Source: an uncultured Bacilli bacterium
GTDB taxonomy: Bacteria; Bacillota_I; Bacilli_A; RF39; UBA660
Assembly: GCA_934162195.1 (NCBI GenBank)
Contig: CAKPHO010000001.1
Location: forward strand, 81,281-145,280
DNA: 64,000 nt
Direction of reading: 5' to 3'
Numbering within the stretch: position 1 is the first letter of the stretch; every line of letters starts with the position of its first letter. This document shows positions 29,518-38,541 of this stretch, one piece after another. Made by a program: the position numbers and the translations under genes. The notes under the pieces are model-generated. The model had not been told where the DNA came from. It was given only the letters and a program-made list of their open reading frames with translations, and did no database searches.

Positions 29518-30274
29518 TTTATTAGCAAGTGGAAGTAAAGGGAATTGTTGTTTTATTGAAACAAAAAACAATTCTTTTCTAATAGATGTGGGAATGACTT
29601 GTGCTTACATAGAGAAAGAGTTAAATACTGTTGAAAAAAAAGGAAAAGATATAGATGCTGTATTTATAACACATACTCATACAGACCATATAAATGGTTT
29701 AAAAGTATTTGTAAAAAAATATAATCCGATAATATATGTAAGTGAGAAAATGTATCAGGAATTAAGAAATATTGTTTGGTCTGATAACTATGTAATTATA
29801 GATAAAGAAATAATAATAGATGATTTAAAGATAACAGCAATTAAAACTTCTCACGACGCTGATGATTCAATGGGATATATTTTTGAAGAAGATGGCCATA
29901 GTTTAGTATATATTACCGATACAGGATATATTAATGCTAAAAACCATCAAAAGTTATCTAATAAGAATATGTATATATTAGAAAGTAATCATGATATAGA
30001 TATGCTTATGAATAATCCTAAATATCCTTATCACCTTAAACAAAGAATACTTGGAGATAAAGGACATTTATCAAATAAAGATTGTTCTTACTATTTATCA
30101 AAGTTTATTGGTGAAAACACAAAATGTATTATTTTAGCTCACTTAAGTGAACATAATAATACTCCTACTTTAGCACTAGAAGAATTAAAAAAAACTTTGC
30201 AAGATAATAATAAAAAATGTAATAATATAATTGTTGCACAACAAAAAGAGAGAACCGAGTTGGTAGAAGTATGA
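29507..30274 (+). CDS. yycJ: MBL-fold metallo-hydrolase, YycJ/WalJ-like
   Basis: HTHTDH motif and an MKISLLASGSKGNC N-terminus. I moved the start to ATG 29507. Confidence 0.8.
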   Translation: MKISLLASGSKGNCCFIETKNNSFLIDVGMTCAYIEKELNTVEKKGKDIDAVFITHTHTDHINGLKVFVKKYNPIIYVSEKMYQELRNIVWSDNYVIIDKEIIIDDLKITAIKTSHDADDSMGYIFEEDGHSLVYITDTGYINAKNHQKLSNKNMYILESNHDIDMLMNNPKYPYHLKQRILGDKGHLSNKDCSYYLSKFIGENTKCIILAHLSEHNNTPTLALEELKKTLQDNNKKCNNIIVAQQKERTELVEV

Positions 30275-30726
30275 TAAAAATACTATGTGTTGGAAAAATA
30301 AAAGAAAAATTTTTTAAAGATGCTGTCTCTGAGTATAGTAAAAGATTATCTAAATACACAAATCTTCAAATAATTGAAGTAGATGATATTAATAGCGATA
30401 ATATAAACTCTATTTTAGATAAAGAAAAAGATTTACTTATAAAACATATATCATCTAAAGATTATGTTATTACTCTTGAAATAGAGGGTAAACAACTAAG
30501 TTCACTAGAACTTTCTAAAAAGATAGAAGAACTTCAGATTTATAATTCAAGCATTGTTTTTATAATTGGAGGTTCTTATGGATTACACCAACAAATAAAA
30601 GATAGAGCTGATTATAAATTATCTTTTTCTAAACTAACATTCCCTCATCAATTATTTAGAATTATTCTTTTAGAACAAATTTATCGTGCCTATAAAATAA
30701 TAAGTAATGAATCTTATCATAAATAA
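30271..30726 (+). CDS. rlmH: 23S rRNA (pseudouridine1915-N3)-methyltransferase RlmH
   Basis: 151-aa SPOUT protein (..FIIGGSYGL..). It follows yycJ as in Bacillus. Confidence 0.9.
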   Translation: MIKILCVGKIKEKFFKDAVSEYSKRLSKYTNLQIIEVDDINSDNINSILDKEKDLLIKHISSKDYVITLEIEGKQLSSLELSKKIEELQIYNSSIVFIIGGSYGLHQQIKDRADYKLSFSKLTFPHQLFRIILLEQIYRAYKIISNESYHK

Positions 30727-30741
30727 TTGAATAAATATCAA

Positions 30742-30780
30742 AAAGATTGTCCACTATTAAATAGAAAGGACAATCTTTTT
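30742..30780 (+). terminator. Strong hairpin plus T-run ending 1 nt before the spoIIR ATG
   Basis: AAAGATTGTCC - 15-nt loop - GGACAATCTTT followed by TT. The 3' arm contains the only SD-like GGA for spoIIR. Confidence 0.7.
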
Positions 30781-31305
30781 ATGAAAAAAACAATATTTAT
30801 TTTAATAACAATATTTTTAATTTATTATATAATTGGAGCTTTAAGTGAGGAGATAATAAGGATTCCAGACGAGGCAATTAGATTTAGAGTAATAGCTAAT
30901 AGTAATACAAAACAAGATCAAGATGTAAAATATAAAGTAAAAGATGAAGTAGAATTATATATGGCATCGATTTTACAAAATGTTGATAATATTGATGAAT
31001 CTAGAGATATTATTTCTACTAATTTAGATAGTATAAATAATAAAGTGACTAATGTATTTAATAAAAATAATTACAATCTAAATTATAAAGTTAATTTTGG
31101 ATTAAATTACTTTCCTGAGAAAGAATTCAAGGGAATAATTTATGATGCTGGATATTATGAATCACTAGTTATCACCATTGGAGAAGGAAAAGGTGATAAT
31201 TGGTGGTGTGTATTATTTCCTCCTTTATGTATGTTAGAAGCAGAAGAAAGTACAGACATAGAATATAAATCTTTTGTAAAGGAAATTGTTGATAAGTATA
31301 TATAA
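30781..31305 (+). CDS. spoIIR: Stage II sporulation protein R
   Basis: Signal/TM segment then IRFRVIANSN.. and the family motif GEGKGDNWWCVLFPPLC. The start is at ATG 30781. Confidence 0.8.
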   Translation: MKKTIFILITIFLIYYIIGALSEEIIRIPDEAIRFRVIANSNTKQDQDVKYKVKDEVELYMASILQNVDNIDESRDIISTNLDSINNKVTNVFNKNNYNLNYKVNFGLNYFPEKEFKGIIYDAGYYESLVITIGEGKGDNWWCVLFPPLCMLEAEESTDIEYKSFVKEIVDKYI

Positions 31306-31346
31306 TTAGTGATATTTAAATTAATTAATACAACGTATAATTAAAA

Positions 31347-31379
31347 CTTCCTATAATAAAATGTTATAGGAGGTTTTTT
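31347..31379 (+). terminator. Hairpin plus T6 whose 3' arm is the mntP Shine-Dalgarno
   Basis: CTTCCTATAA - TAAAATG - TTATAGGAGG followed by TTTTTT. The ATG is at 31381. Confidence 0.65.
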
Positions 31380-31380
31380 C

Positions 31381-31911
31381 ATGCAAATATTTATTATATT
31401 AACAATAGCAGTAAGTCTTAGCATGGATGCTTTTTCTTTGTCACTTGCGTATGGAACTTTAGGAATTACCAAAAAAGAAATATCAAAACTATCTTTAATT
31501 GTTGGCTTATATCATTTTTTTATGCCCTTATTTGGATATTATCTAGGTCGTATATTATTAAATGTAATTCCTCTTAATCCTGATTTTATTGTTTTTGTTG
31601 TTCTTTCTTTTGTTGGGATAGAAATGATTATTGAATCAATTAAAACAGAAAGTGTTGTAAAAAAAACTAAAATTATAGATTTATTATTATTTGGTTTAGC
31701 AGTAAGTATGGATAGTTTTTCTATAGGTATTGGGTTGAATGCAATATCACATAAAAAAATATTATGTGCTTTAACTTTTAGTATAACTAGTTATATATTT
31801 ACATATCTTGGTTTAAATTTTGGCAAAAAAATAAACCAGTGGATAGGAAAAATATCCACCATAATAGGTGGTATTGTTTTAATAGTAATAGGGATAATAT
31901 ATTTATTTTAA
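31381..31911 (+). CDS. mntP: Manganese efflux pump MntP
   Basis: Two DUF204 repeats carrying SMDAFS and SMDSFS, with six predicted TM segments. Confidence 0.88.
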   Translation: MQIFIILTIAVSLSMDAFSLSLAYGTLGITKKEISKLSLIVGLYHFFMPLFGYYLGRILLNVIPLNPDFIVFVVLSFVGIEMIIESIKTESVVKKTKIIDLLLFGLAVSMDSFSIGIGLNAISHKKILCALTFSITSYIFTYLGLNFGKKINQWIGKISTIIGGIVLIVIGIIYLF

Positions 31912-32040
31912 TTTGCTTTTTTGTTTTCCTTGCCTTTTCCTTCTAAAAATAATATAATTAGAATGTGAAAAGTATTAATAATATAAACACCAATAGCAAA
32001 AAAAAACATATAAATATAGTGATAGTAGTGGAGGGTATAA

Positions 32041-33294
32041 ATGAAACAAATAAAAATAGAAGGAAAGCATTTGTTAGAAGGAACAATAAAAATCAGTGGA
32101 GCTAAAAATAGTGCTGTTGCCCTTATTCCGGCTTCTTTGCTTTCTGATGGAATTGTTACTATAGATAATGTTCCTAATATATCAGATATAGATGCTTTAT
32201 CAGAAATATTAGAATTTTTAGGAGTACAAGTAGAAAGAAACGAGGGATTAATTAAAATAGATTCCACTAATTTAGTTAATAAAGAAATTCCAGAAATGAT
32301 TTCTAGCAAATTAAGAGCATCTTATTATTTTATGTCAGCGCTTTTAGGTAAATATAAAAAAGTAGAAATGTATTTTCCAGGCGGATGTTCTATAGGTGCT
32401 AGACCAATTGATCAAACCCTAAAAGGTTTTAAAGAATTAGGAGCCAAAGTAAAAGAAGAAGAAAATAAATATACAATAACTGCAGAAAATCTACATGGAG
32501 GACATGTTTATTTAGATATGCCCAGTGTTGGAGCAACTATAAATACTATGTTAGTGGCAGTTAGGGCTAATGGTAAAACCATTATAGAAAATGCTGCGAA
32601 AGAACCAGAGATTGTTAATGTTGCAACATTTTTAAATAATATGGGTGCTAAAATTACTGGTGCTGGAACAAGTGAAATAAGAATAACTGGGGTTAATCAT
32701 TTAAACGGATGTTTTTCTGAAGTTATTCCAGATAGAATTGAAGCGGGAACTTATATTATAGCAGGAGCTTTAGCTGGCAATAATTTAAAGGTGGAAAATA
32801 TTATTCCAGAACATGTTGAATCATTGACTTTAAAGTTAAAAGAAATTGGAGTTCCAATTGAAATTGGTGATGACTATGCTATTGTAAGTAAAACAAACAA
32901 TATGAAAAGTATTAATGTTAAGACTTTAGGATATCCTGGATTTCCTACCGATTTACAACAACCATTAACTACATTGTTAACACAATGTACTGGTAAATCT
33001 ATATTAGAAGAAACTATTTATGAAAATAGATTCCAAAATGTTAAATATTTAAATAATATGGGTTCTAAGATAGAAATAAATGATCGTAAAATATATATTC
33101 AAGGTCCTACAAGTTTAAAAGGAACAGAGGTAGTAGCAACTGATTTAAGAGCAGGTGCTTGTCTTATTTTAGCGGGTCTTGCTGCAGAAGGAATAACTAT
33201 TGTAAAAGAAGTAGAACATGTATTAAGAGGATATGATAATATCATAAATAAACTAACTTCTGTTGGTGCTAAAATAGAATTAAGTGAAGAATAA
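32041..33294 (+). CDS. murA: UDP-N-acetylglucosamine 1-carboxyvinyltransferase
   Basis: 417 aa with ISGAKNSAV and the active-site loop PGGCSIGARPID. Confidence 0.95.
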   Translation: MKQIKIEGKHLLEGTIKISGAKNSAVALIPASLLSDGIVTIDNVPNISDIDALSEILEFLGVQVERNEGLIKIDSTNLVNKEIPEMISSKLRASYYFMSALLGKYKKVEMYFPGGCSIGARPIDQTLKGFKELGAKVKEEENKYTITAENLHGGHVYLDMPSVGATINTMLVAVRANGKTIIENAAKEPEIVNVATFLNNMGAKITGAGTSEIRITGVNHLNGCFSEVIPDRIEAGTYIIAGALAGNNLKVENIIPEHVESLTLKLKEIGVPIEIGDDYAIVSKTNNMKSINVKTLGYPGFPTDLQQPLTTLLTQCTGKSILEETIYENRFQNVKYLNNMGSKIEINDRKIYIQGPTSLKGTEVVATDLRAGACLILAGLAAEGITIVKEVEHVLRGYDNIINKLTSVGAKIELSEE

Positions 33295-33351
33295 ATTAAT
33301 AGAATTTTAATATAATTAAGTAGGATTAACCCTACTTTTTTTGGAGGTAAA

Positions 33352-34065
33352 ATGAAAAAAATTTTGTTAATTTTGATTGTTTTTGTTGCAGTATTTTTAA
33401 TATATCTATCTAATATAGATAATAAGATTTATTATCTTTCTTTAGAGTCATATAATGAATTTAGTGATGAAAATGGTGATTATAATGAATCTATTATTAA
33501 TTATTTATCACTAAACAAAAAGTTGGAAAAAGCAGTTGTTGACTTTTCTAAAAATAATTATCTTATTAATGATTTAGCAAATGATATTAAAGAAAATAAA
33601 AAAATAACAGTTAATAATAAAAGTATAACTTTGAAAAATGCTTTGATAAAAGCTGATTTAGTAACTATATTTATTGGTATGAACGAAATAAATAATAAAT
33701 TACTATCATTAAAGACTAATAATTTAAAACAATTTAATTATATAGATAATATATTAATAGATCTTGATAAATTATTGAGCTTAACAAGAGAATATTGTAA
33801 AGAAGATATTTTTATAATAGGTGTTTACTATCCTTATCAAGAATACAAAACTGAATTGGTAGATTTATTTTCGTACTATAATGAAAGGTATAAAGAATTG
33901 GCAAATAAATATAATATGAAATATATAGATATATATAATCCATTTCTAGAAAACGCTTCTTATCTTTCTTCCAGTGGTAATATTTCTCCATCACTTAAAG
34001 GATACAAGTATATTTCTGATCAAATAATTATTACAATTAATGAAACTGTTTTAAAAAATGGTTGA
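33352..34065 (+). CDS. Hypothetical N-terminally anchored protein (weak, degenerate SGNH/GDSL-hydrolase resemblance)
   Basis: 237 aa with an N-terminal TM segment. FIGMNEI and IGVYYP blocks recall SGNH blocks II/III, but no clear GDS(L) block. Function is uncertain. Confidence 0.5.
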   Translation: MKKILLILIVFVAVFLIYLSNIDNKIYYLSLESYNEFSDENGDYNESIINYLSLNKKLEKAVVDFSKNNYLINDLANDIKENKKITVNNKSITLKNALIKADLVTIFIGMNEINNKLLSLKTNNLKQFNYIDNILIDLDKLLSLTREYCKEDIFIIGVYYPYQEYKTELVDLFSYYNERYKELANKYNMKYIDIYNPFLENASYLSSSGNISPSLKGYKYISDQIIITINETVLKNG

Positions 34066-34144
34066 TTTTATAAAAAAAACTTGTTATACTATATAAGTAT
34101 TAAATTTCTATGGCATGAAATTGCTATGGCGGAAGGAGATAACT

Positions 34145-34354
34145 ATGAAAAAAGGAATACATCCAAATTATGTAGAAACAGAAGTAACTTGTGCTTGTGG
34201 AAACAAATTCACAGTAAAATCAAATAAACCTTCTTTACATTTAGAAGTTTGTGATAAATGTCATCCATTTTTTACAGGTGTTCAAGGAAAAGCTGCAAAA
34301 ACTGGTAGAGTTGAAAAATTCAACCGTAAATATGGTTTAAACCAAGAAAAATAA
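34145..34354 (+). CDS. rpmE: 50S ribosomal protein L31 (zinc-binding type A)
   Basis: MKKGIHPNY.. with [15 protein letters not shown]. The start is at ATG 34145 behind GGAGA. Confidence 0.93.
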   Translation: MKKGIHPNYVETEVTCACGNKFTVKSNKPSLHLEVCDKCHPFFTGVQGKAAKTGRVEKFNRKYGLNQEK

Positions 34355-34380
34355 GAGCTAGTATTTAGCTCTTATTTTTT
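34353..34380. terminator. Bidirectional terminator between rpmE and the ATP-grasp gene
   Basis: AAGAGCTA-GTATT-TAGCTCTT (8-bp stem) followed by a T-run. Confidence 0.8.
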
Positions 34381-35372
34381 GTGTATTCAATTATTTTTTC
34401 TGCAAAAAAGTTAAGAATTTCTTTTCTTTTTTTTCTGTCAGCTATAAATTCCAAAAACAAATTAGGATCCAAAAGTTCAACTTCCATTACTAAGAATTTC
34501 TTTTTTTGTTTTACAAAATCAATTCTTAGGAATAGATTATCTTTATATTCCTTAATATTTAATATGTTATTAACTATTTCAATAATTTTATGATCGATTT
34601 TATCAGCTGGTATATACTTTATCATATTAGTTTTAGTAAAAGCATTTTTATATTTAATAATTCCGTGTGTAATCTTGTTGTTAATACAACAAATTGAGTA
34701 TTCACCATCAAAAATTTCTTTCATGAATGGTTGAACCATTAATTTTGATTTATTATTCTTGTATTTGTTATAAACTTCATTAATATCTATAATATTATTA
34801 AATTCATAACGATTATTCCCTACTAAGTAGACATCTTTACTTCCCTCTGATATTGTTGGCTTTAGAACAATTAAATTGTTTTCTAAATCATTATTTGTTT
34901 TTAAATCTAAAATACGTGATTTAATATTTTTATTTATAGGTAGAAAGAATGTTTTAATTGTTTCAATATTATATTTGTTCAGAATATCAAATTGAATTTC
35001 TTTATCATAATTATTTTTAATAACATTAATAGGATTTAAAACTTTTATTTTTTGAGTTTCAAGCATATTAAGCCAGTTTTCAAATTTAGTTTTATTTTCT
35101 TGAAATCCCCAAATGCTCCTTATTATAATTAAGTCATATTTTGAATAATCAATTGTTTTGTCTTCCCATGATATTATATCTACTTTGCAGTTTTGTTTGT
35201 TTAAACTATGTTTTAAATATAAATCCTCTAATGATTTATTTTTCCATTTATCACAAGAAACGATTGCTACTAGCTTATTATAAGAATTAGATTTTAATAA
35301 ATCATAGACAATAAATAGTTTTTTTTCAATAAAAACAATAATTTTTTTTATCAAGTTTATTATTTTTCTCAT
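34365..35372 (-). CDS. ATP-grasp family ligase (RimK/GshB-like), substrate unknown
   Basis: 335 aa with ATP-grasp hallmarks LIVLKPTISEGSKDVYLV and LRIDFVKQKKKFLVMEVELLDP. The ATG overlaps the stop of the upstream aminotransferase (TAATG). Confidence 0.65.
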   Translation of the reverse strand: MRKIINLIKKIIVFIEKKLFIVYDLLKSNSYNKLVAIVSCDKWKNKSLEDLYLKHSLNKQNCKVDIISWEDKTIDYSKYDLIIIRSIWGFQENKTKFENWLNMLETQKIKVLNPINVIKNNYDKEIQFDILNKYNIETIKTFFLPINKNIKSRILDLKTNNDLENNLIVLKPTISEGSKDVYLVGNNRYEFNNIIDINEVYNKYKNNKSKLMVQPFMKEIFDGEYSICCINNKITHGIIKYKNAFTKTNMIKYIPADKIDHKIIEIVNNILNIKEYKDNLFLRIDFVKQKKKFLVMEVELLDPNLFLEFIADRKKRKEILNFFAEKIIEYTKNKS

Positions 35373-36982
35373 TATTCTAAACCTTCCACTGCTTTTCCTA
35401 TTAATTCAAAATTTAATATTAAATCATTAATATCTAAAGAAAATCCTACTCTTATAATAATTTCATCTTCGTAAGGCCATGATATATTTAATCCAGCAAT
35501 ACATTTTATTCCTGTTTCTTTATAAAGAAATTTTAAAAAATCTGCATCATTATTGATAGTTTCACCATTGTATTTCTTTCCTTTTAGTTGAGTAAAATCA
35601 GCAATAGCAAAGAATCCAGAATCTGGATAAACATCTTTTCTAAGCTCAACACCTGGTATTCCTTTTAATAATTTATTTTGTAAATTTTTATCCTTTGTAT
35701 ATTTATTAATATCTTTTATTATTCTTTTTTTGCATTTTAAAGAATCAATACTATCAATGCCATCAATTAATGCTTGCAATAAATTTAAATGGTATATATA
35801 TCTTTTAATTAAAGGCTTAAAATATTTTTTAGCAATTTTATAACGTCTATTAGTTCCATTAAAAGCTCCTGCAACTACCTGTGTTTGTAAAAGAGAAATA
35901 GAACCCATATCAGAAGAAATAATATCACAAATTCCACTGCATATAGGAGCGGGAGCAACTATAAATCCTGCTCTAACAGATGCTAATCCGTACGATTTTG
36001 ATAATCCTAAAAAAGAAATAGTATTGTTAAAATATTTTGGCATGCTGGCCATTGGTATTGCAAGATCATTTTGATCATATGTTAAATCTCGATATATAAG
36101 ATCATCAATTACAAAAACACCTTTCTCTAAGCATACATCTCCAATACTTTTTAGAAGATCAATATTTTTAGAGTTCATAACTCTACCAGTAGGATTATGA
36201 GGATTCATATTAAAAAATGCTACAACTTTTGGAATATAATCTAATTTACCTTCAAATTTTTCTTTTAAATTTTTATTTATTTCATCAATTTTCTTTTCTA
36301 GACTTTTTGGATTTACGTACCAATCATCTTCTTTTTTTAAGTCAAGTATTTCAACATGAGCGTTTATTTTTTCAGTTTCTACTGTAAATAATCCATAATT
36401 AGGTCCTGTCATAATTACAACATCCTCTGGTCTACAGATTGTTTTTATTATCATACTATAGGCATGTGTTGTAGAATAAGCAAAAACAATATTTTCAACA
36501 CCAAGTCCGTCATAATTTTCACTCTTTTCGGCTTTAAATCCTTCTCTAATTAGATAATTAATAACATTTTGACATCCTAATGATCTATCGGTTACAGATG
36601 GATAACGGTATAAATATTTGCTTAGTAATAAGCGCATAACATATTCTTCACACATAGGAAATGGCTTACTTCTTAGTGGAATACCACTTCTAATTGATCT
36701 ATGTTCTGTCAAATTGTATTTACTATTAGTGCTAATTTCTTCAAGATCACGATATAATAAATCAAACCCAACAGCAATTTTTTTAGCAGCAGGATAAAAA
36801 TCTTGTTTATCCTTTCTTTCTCCAATACTTTTATATTCAGAAACAGATCTTGGGTTTAATTTAATATATTGTTCTAAAGCTTTAGATGCATTTTCTTGAT
36901 GAAAGTTAACACTTTTAACATCTAGGTCTTCATTTAAACATTTTTTTATTACTGATTTTAATTTGGTTTTTAAGTTGATCAT
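35372..36982 (-). CDS. Class I/II (fold type I) PLP-dependent aminotransferase, unusually long (536 aa)
   Basis: NMNPHNPTG motif and the PLP-lysine block LGLSKSYGLASVRAGF. The N-terminal extension of about 100+ aa has no motif I recognise. Confidence 0.8.
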   Translation of the reverse strand: MINLKTKLKSVIKKCLNEDLDVKSVNFHQENASKALEQYIKLNPRSVSEYKSIGERKDKQDFYPAAKKIAVGFDLLYRDLEEISTNSKYNLTEHRSIRSGIPLRSKPFPMCEEYVMRLLLSKYLYRYPSVTDRSLGCQNVINYLIREGFKAEKSENYDGLGVENIVFAYSTTHAYSMIIKTICRPEDVVIMTGPNYGLFTVETEKINAHVEILDLKKEDDWYVNPKSLEKKIDEINKNLKEKFEGKLDYIPKVVAFFNMNPHNPTGRVMNSKNIDLLKSIGDVCLEKGVFVIDDLIYRDLTYDQNDLAIPMASMPKYFNNTISFLGLSKSYGLASVRAGFIVAPAPICSGICDIISSDMGSISLLQTQVVAGAFNGTNRRYKIAKKYFKPLIKRYIYHLNLLQALIDGIDSIDSLKCKKRIIKDINKYTKDKNLQNKLLKGIPGVELRKDVYPDSGFFAIADFTQLKGKKYNGETINNDADFLKFLYKETGIKCIAGLNISWPYEDEIIIRVGFSLDINDLILNFELIGKAVEGLE

Positions 36983-37118
36983 AAAACAACCTCCGTATTA
37001 ATTATAACACGTATATTATTAAACATAAAGAAAATTTTATGTGCTTTTTAAATACAAAAAAGAAACAATGTTTGTTGAAAGTGTTGGGAAATTCTTACTT
37101 TTAACTAACTTTGCTTCG

Positions 37119-38351
37119 TTATTTTTTAATTATTTTTTTAACTATTTTATAAGTCTTAAACATGAAATTATATAAACAATATTTAGGTTTTGATATTATT
37201 AAGTCAAATTCTCCAATTAGTTCAACAACTCGTCCGCCAAAACCTCTTTTAAATTCATAAACACCATACATATCATTGTTTTCTTTTTCAAAATTACCAC
37301 TTATACCATAGAAGTTATATATTTCACATCCTAAATTTAAGGCTTCTTTCATCGTATGCCATTTTATCAAATATTGAGCATCATAATGCATAAATTCTTC
37401 ATAAGCTCCACCAAATAAATTTAAATATTCTTTTCCACATACAATAGACATTGTGCCTGCCAAAGGGATTTTATCACCATATTTTTTTTGGTAACTCTCG
37501 TATAGTTCTATTTTCTTTTTATAATCTTCTATATCTTTCAAATGATAATCTTTAATATCTTGGTATCCTTCAATCTTTTTTATTTCATCTTTAAATTTAT
37601 TTATACCTAAATTTGTATCAAGGTAGCACACATTTATTATTAGGTCCTCACCAATTTTATCATACATGTTTTCATAATACGAATAAGGTCTATCAATGAA
37701 ATCACGTCTTGAACTTGTGTGTTCCATTATTTTTTTGTAGTCCATTAGTTTATCTTTAGAAATTCTTTCAACAACTAAACCTTGCTTTTCTGTTCTTCTA
37801 ATCGTTTTTCGATAATGTTTACTAAAGTTAGAAAAAATTTCATCTTCGGTCTTACCTTTTAAATCTAAAACGTACATCCAACGAGGTTGCAATTCTTTAG
37901 ATATATCTTTGTTAAAACCATAATGTTTAAAGCCTAATTTCTTTAAATTTTCTACTACTTTGGAGTTGTCAACTCCACCTTCAACGATATTTCCATCAAT
38001 ATCTCTTGTTTTGTATTCAACATAAGGATCTATTTTCAAAATAAACCCGTTTTCCTTTTTTACATATTCTTTAATTTCTAAAACAAACTCTTTTAATAAT
38101 TCTTCATCATTATAATCAATTAAAAAACCTCTTGGTGAATAAAAAAGCTTTAATCCTAGTGGGAGATTTTTAAATAATAATAAAGTTGCTCCAACAATTT
38201 TATTATTTTTCTTCATTCCTACTAATTTGTAATTCCAACCACCATCTTTTTTTAGTTTTCCCCAATATTCTTTTTGATAAAAAGTTGTATATTTATTTTT
38301 TGAGATATATTCTTCATATTCGTTACTTTCTAATTCTTCTATCTTCATCAT
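37119..38351 (-). CDS. FemABX-family peptidoglycan peptidyltransferase, paralogue 1
   Basis: 410 aa with family blocks FYSPRGFLIDY, ILKIDPY and YNFYGISGNF..GVYEFKRGFGG, plus a central coiled-coil insert as in FemA/FemB. Confidence 0.85.
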   Translation of the reverse strand: MMKIEELESNEYEEYISKNKYTTFYQKEYWGKLKKDGGWNYKLVGMKKNNKIVGATLLLFKNLPLGLKLFYSPRGFLIDYNDEELLKEFVLEIKEYVKKENGFILKIDPYVEYKTRDIDGNIVEGGVDNSKVVENLKKLGFKHYGFNKDISKELQPRWMYVLDLKGKTEDEIFSNFSKHYRKTIRRTEKQGLVVERISKDKLMDYKKIMEHTSSRRDFIDRPYSYYENMYDKIGEDLIINVCYLDTNLGINKFKDEIKKIEGYQDIKDYHLKDIEDYKKKIELYESYQKKYGDKIPLAGTMSIVCGKEYLNLFGGAYEEFMHYDAQYLIKWHTMKEALNLGCEIYNFYGISGNFEKENNDMYGVYEFKRGFGGRVVELIGEFDLIISKPKYCLYNFMFKTYKIVKKIIKK

Positions 38352-38541
38352 ATCCCTCCAAGCCTAAGGCAATTATATCACGCCAACAAAAATCTGTAAA
38401 TAAATATAGGTTAAAATAACTGACACTAGTATATCTGTTTTTAATGTCGTTTATTGACTAGTTTAGTGATTTTCTTAAAAAAACTTTTATTAAAAATTAT
38501 TTTGTAGTATGATATTAATAGTTATGATTGGAGGGAATTTA

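Noticed and set aside
31306-31380. yybP-ykoY manganese riboswitch upstream of mntP
   Set aside because: The spacer is only 75 bp and lacks the conserved G-rich four-way-junction sequences. Only a simple SD-sequestering hairpin is present, and it is reported separately.
34108-34130. Direct repeat CTATGGC ... CTATGGC in the rpmE leader as an L31 autoregulatory element
   Set aside because: The repeat is only 7 bp, with no complementary partner to form a structure. It is too short to separate from chance.
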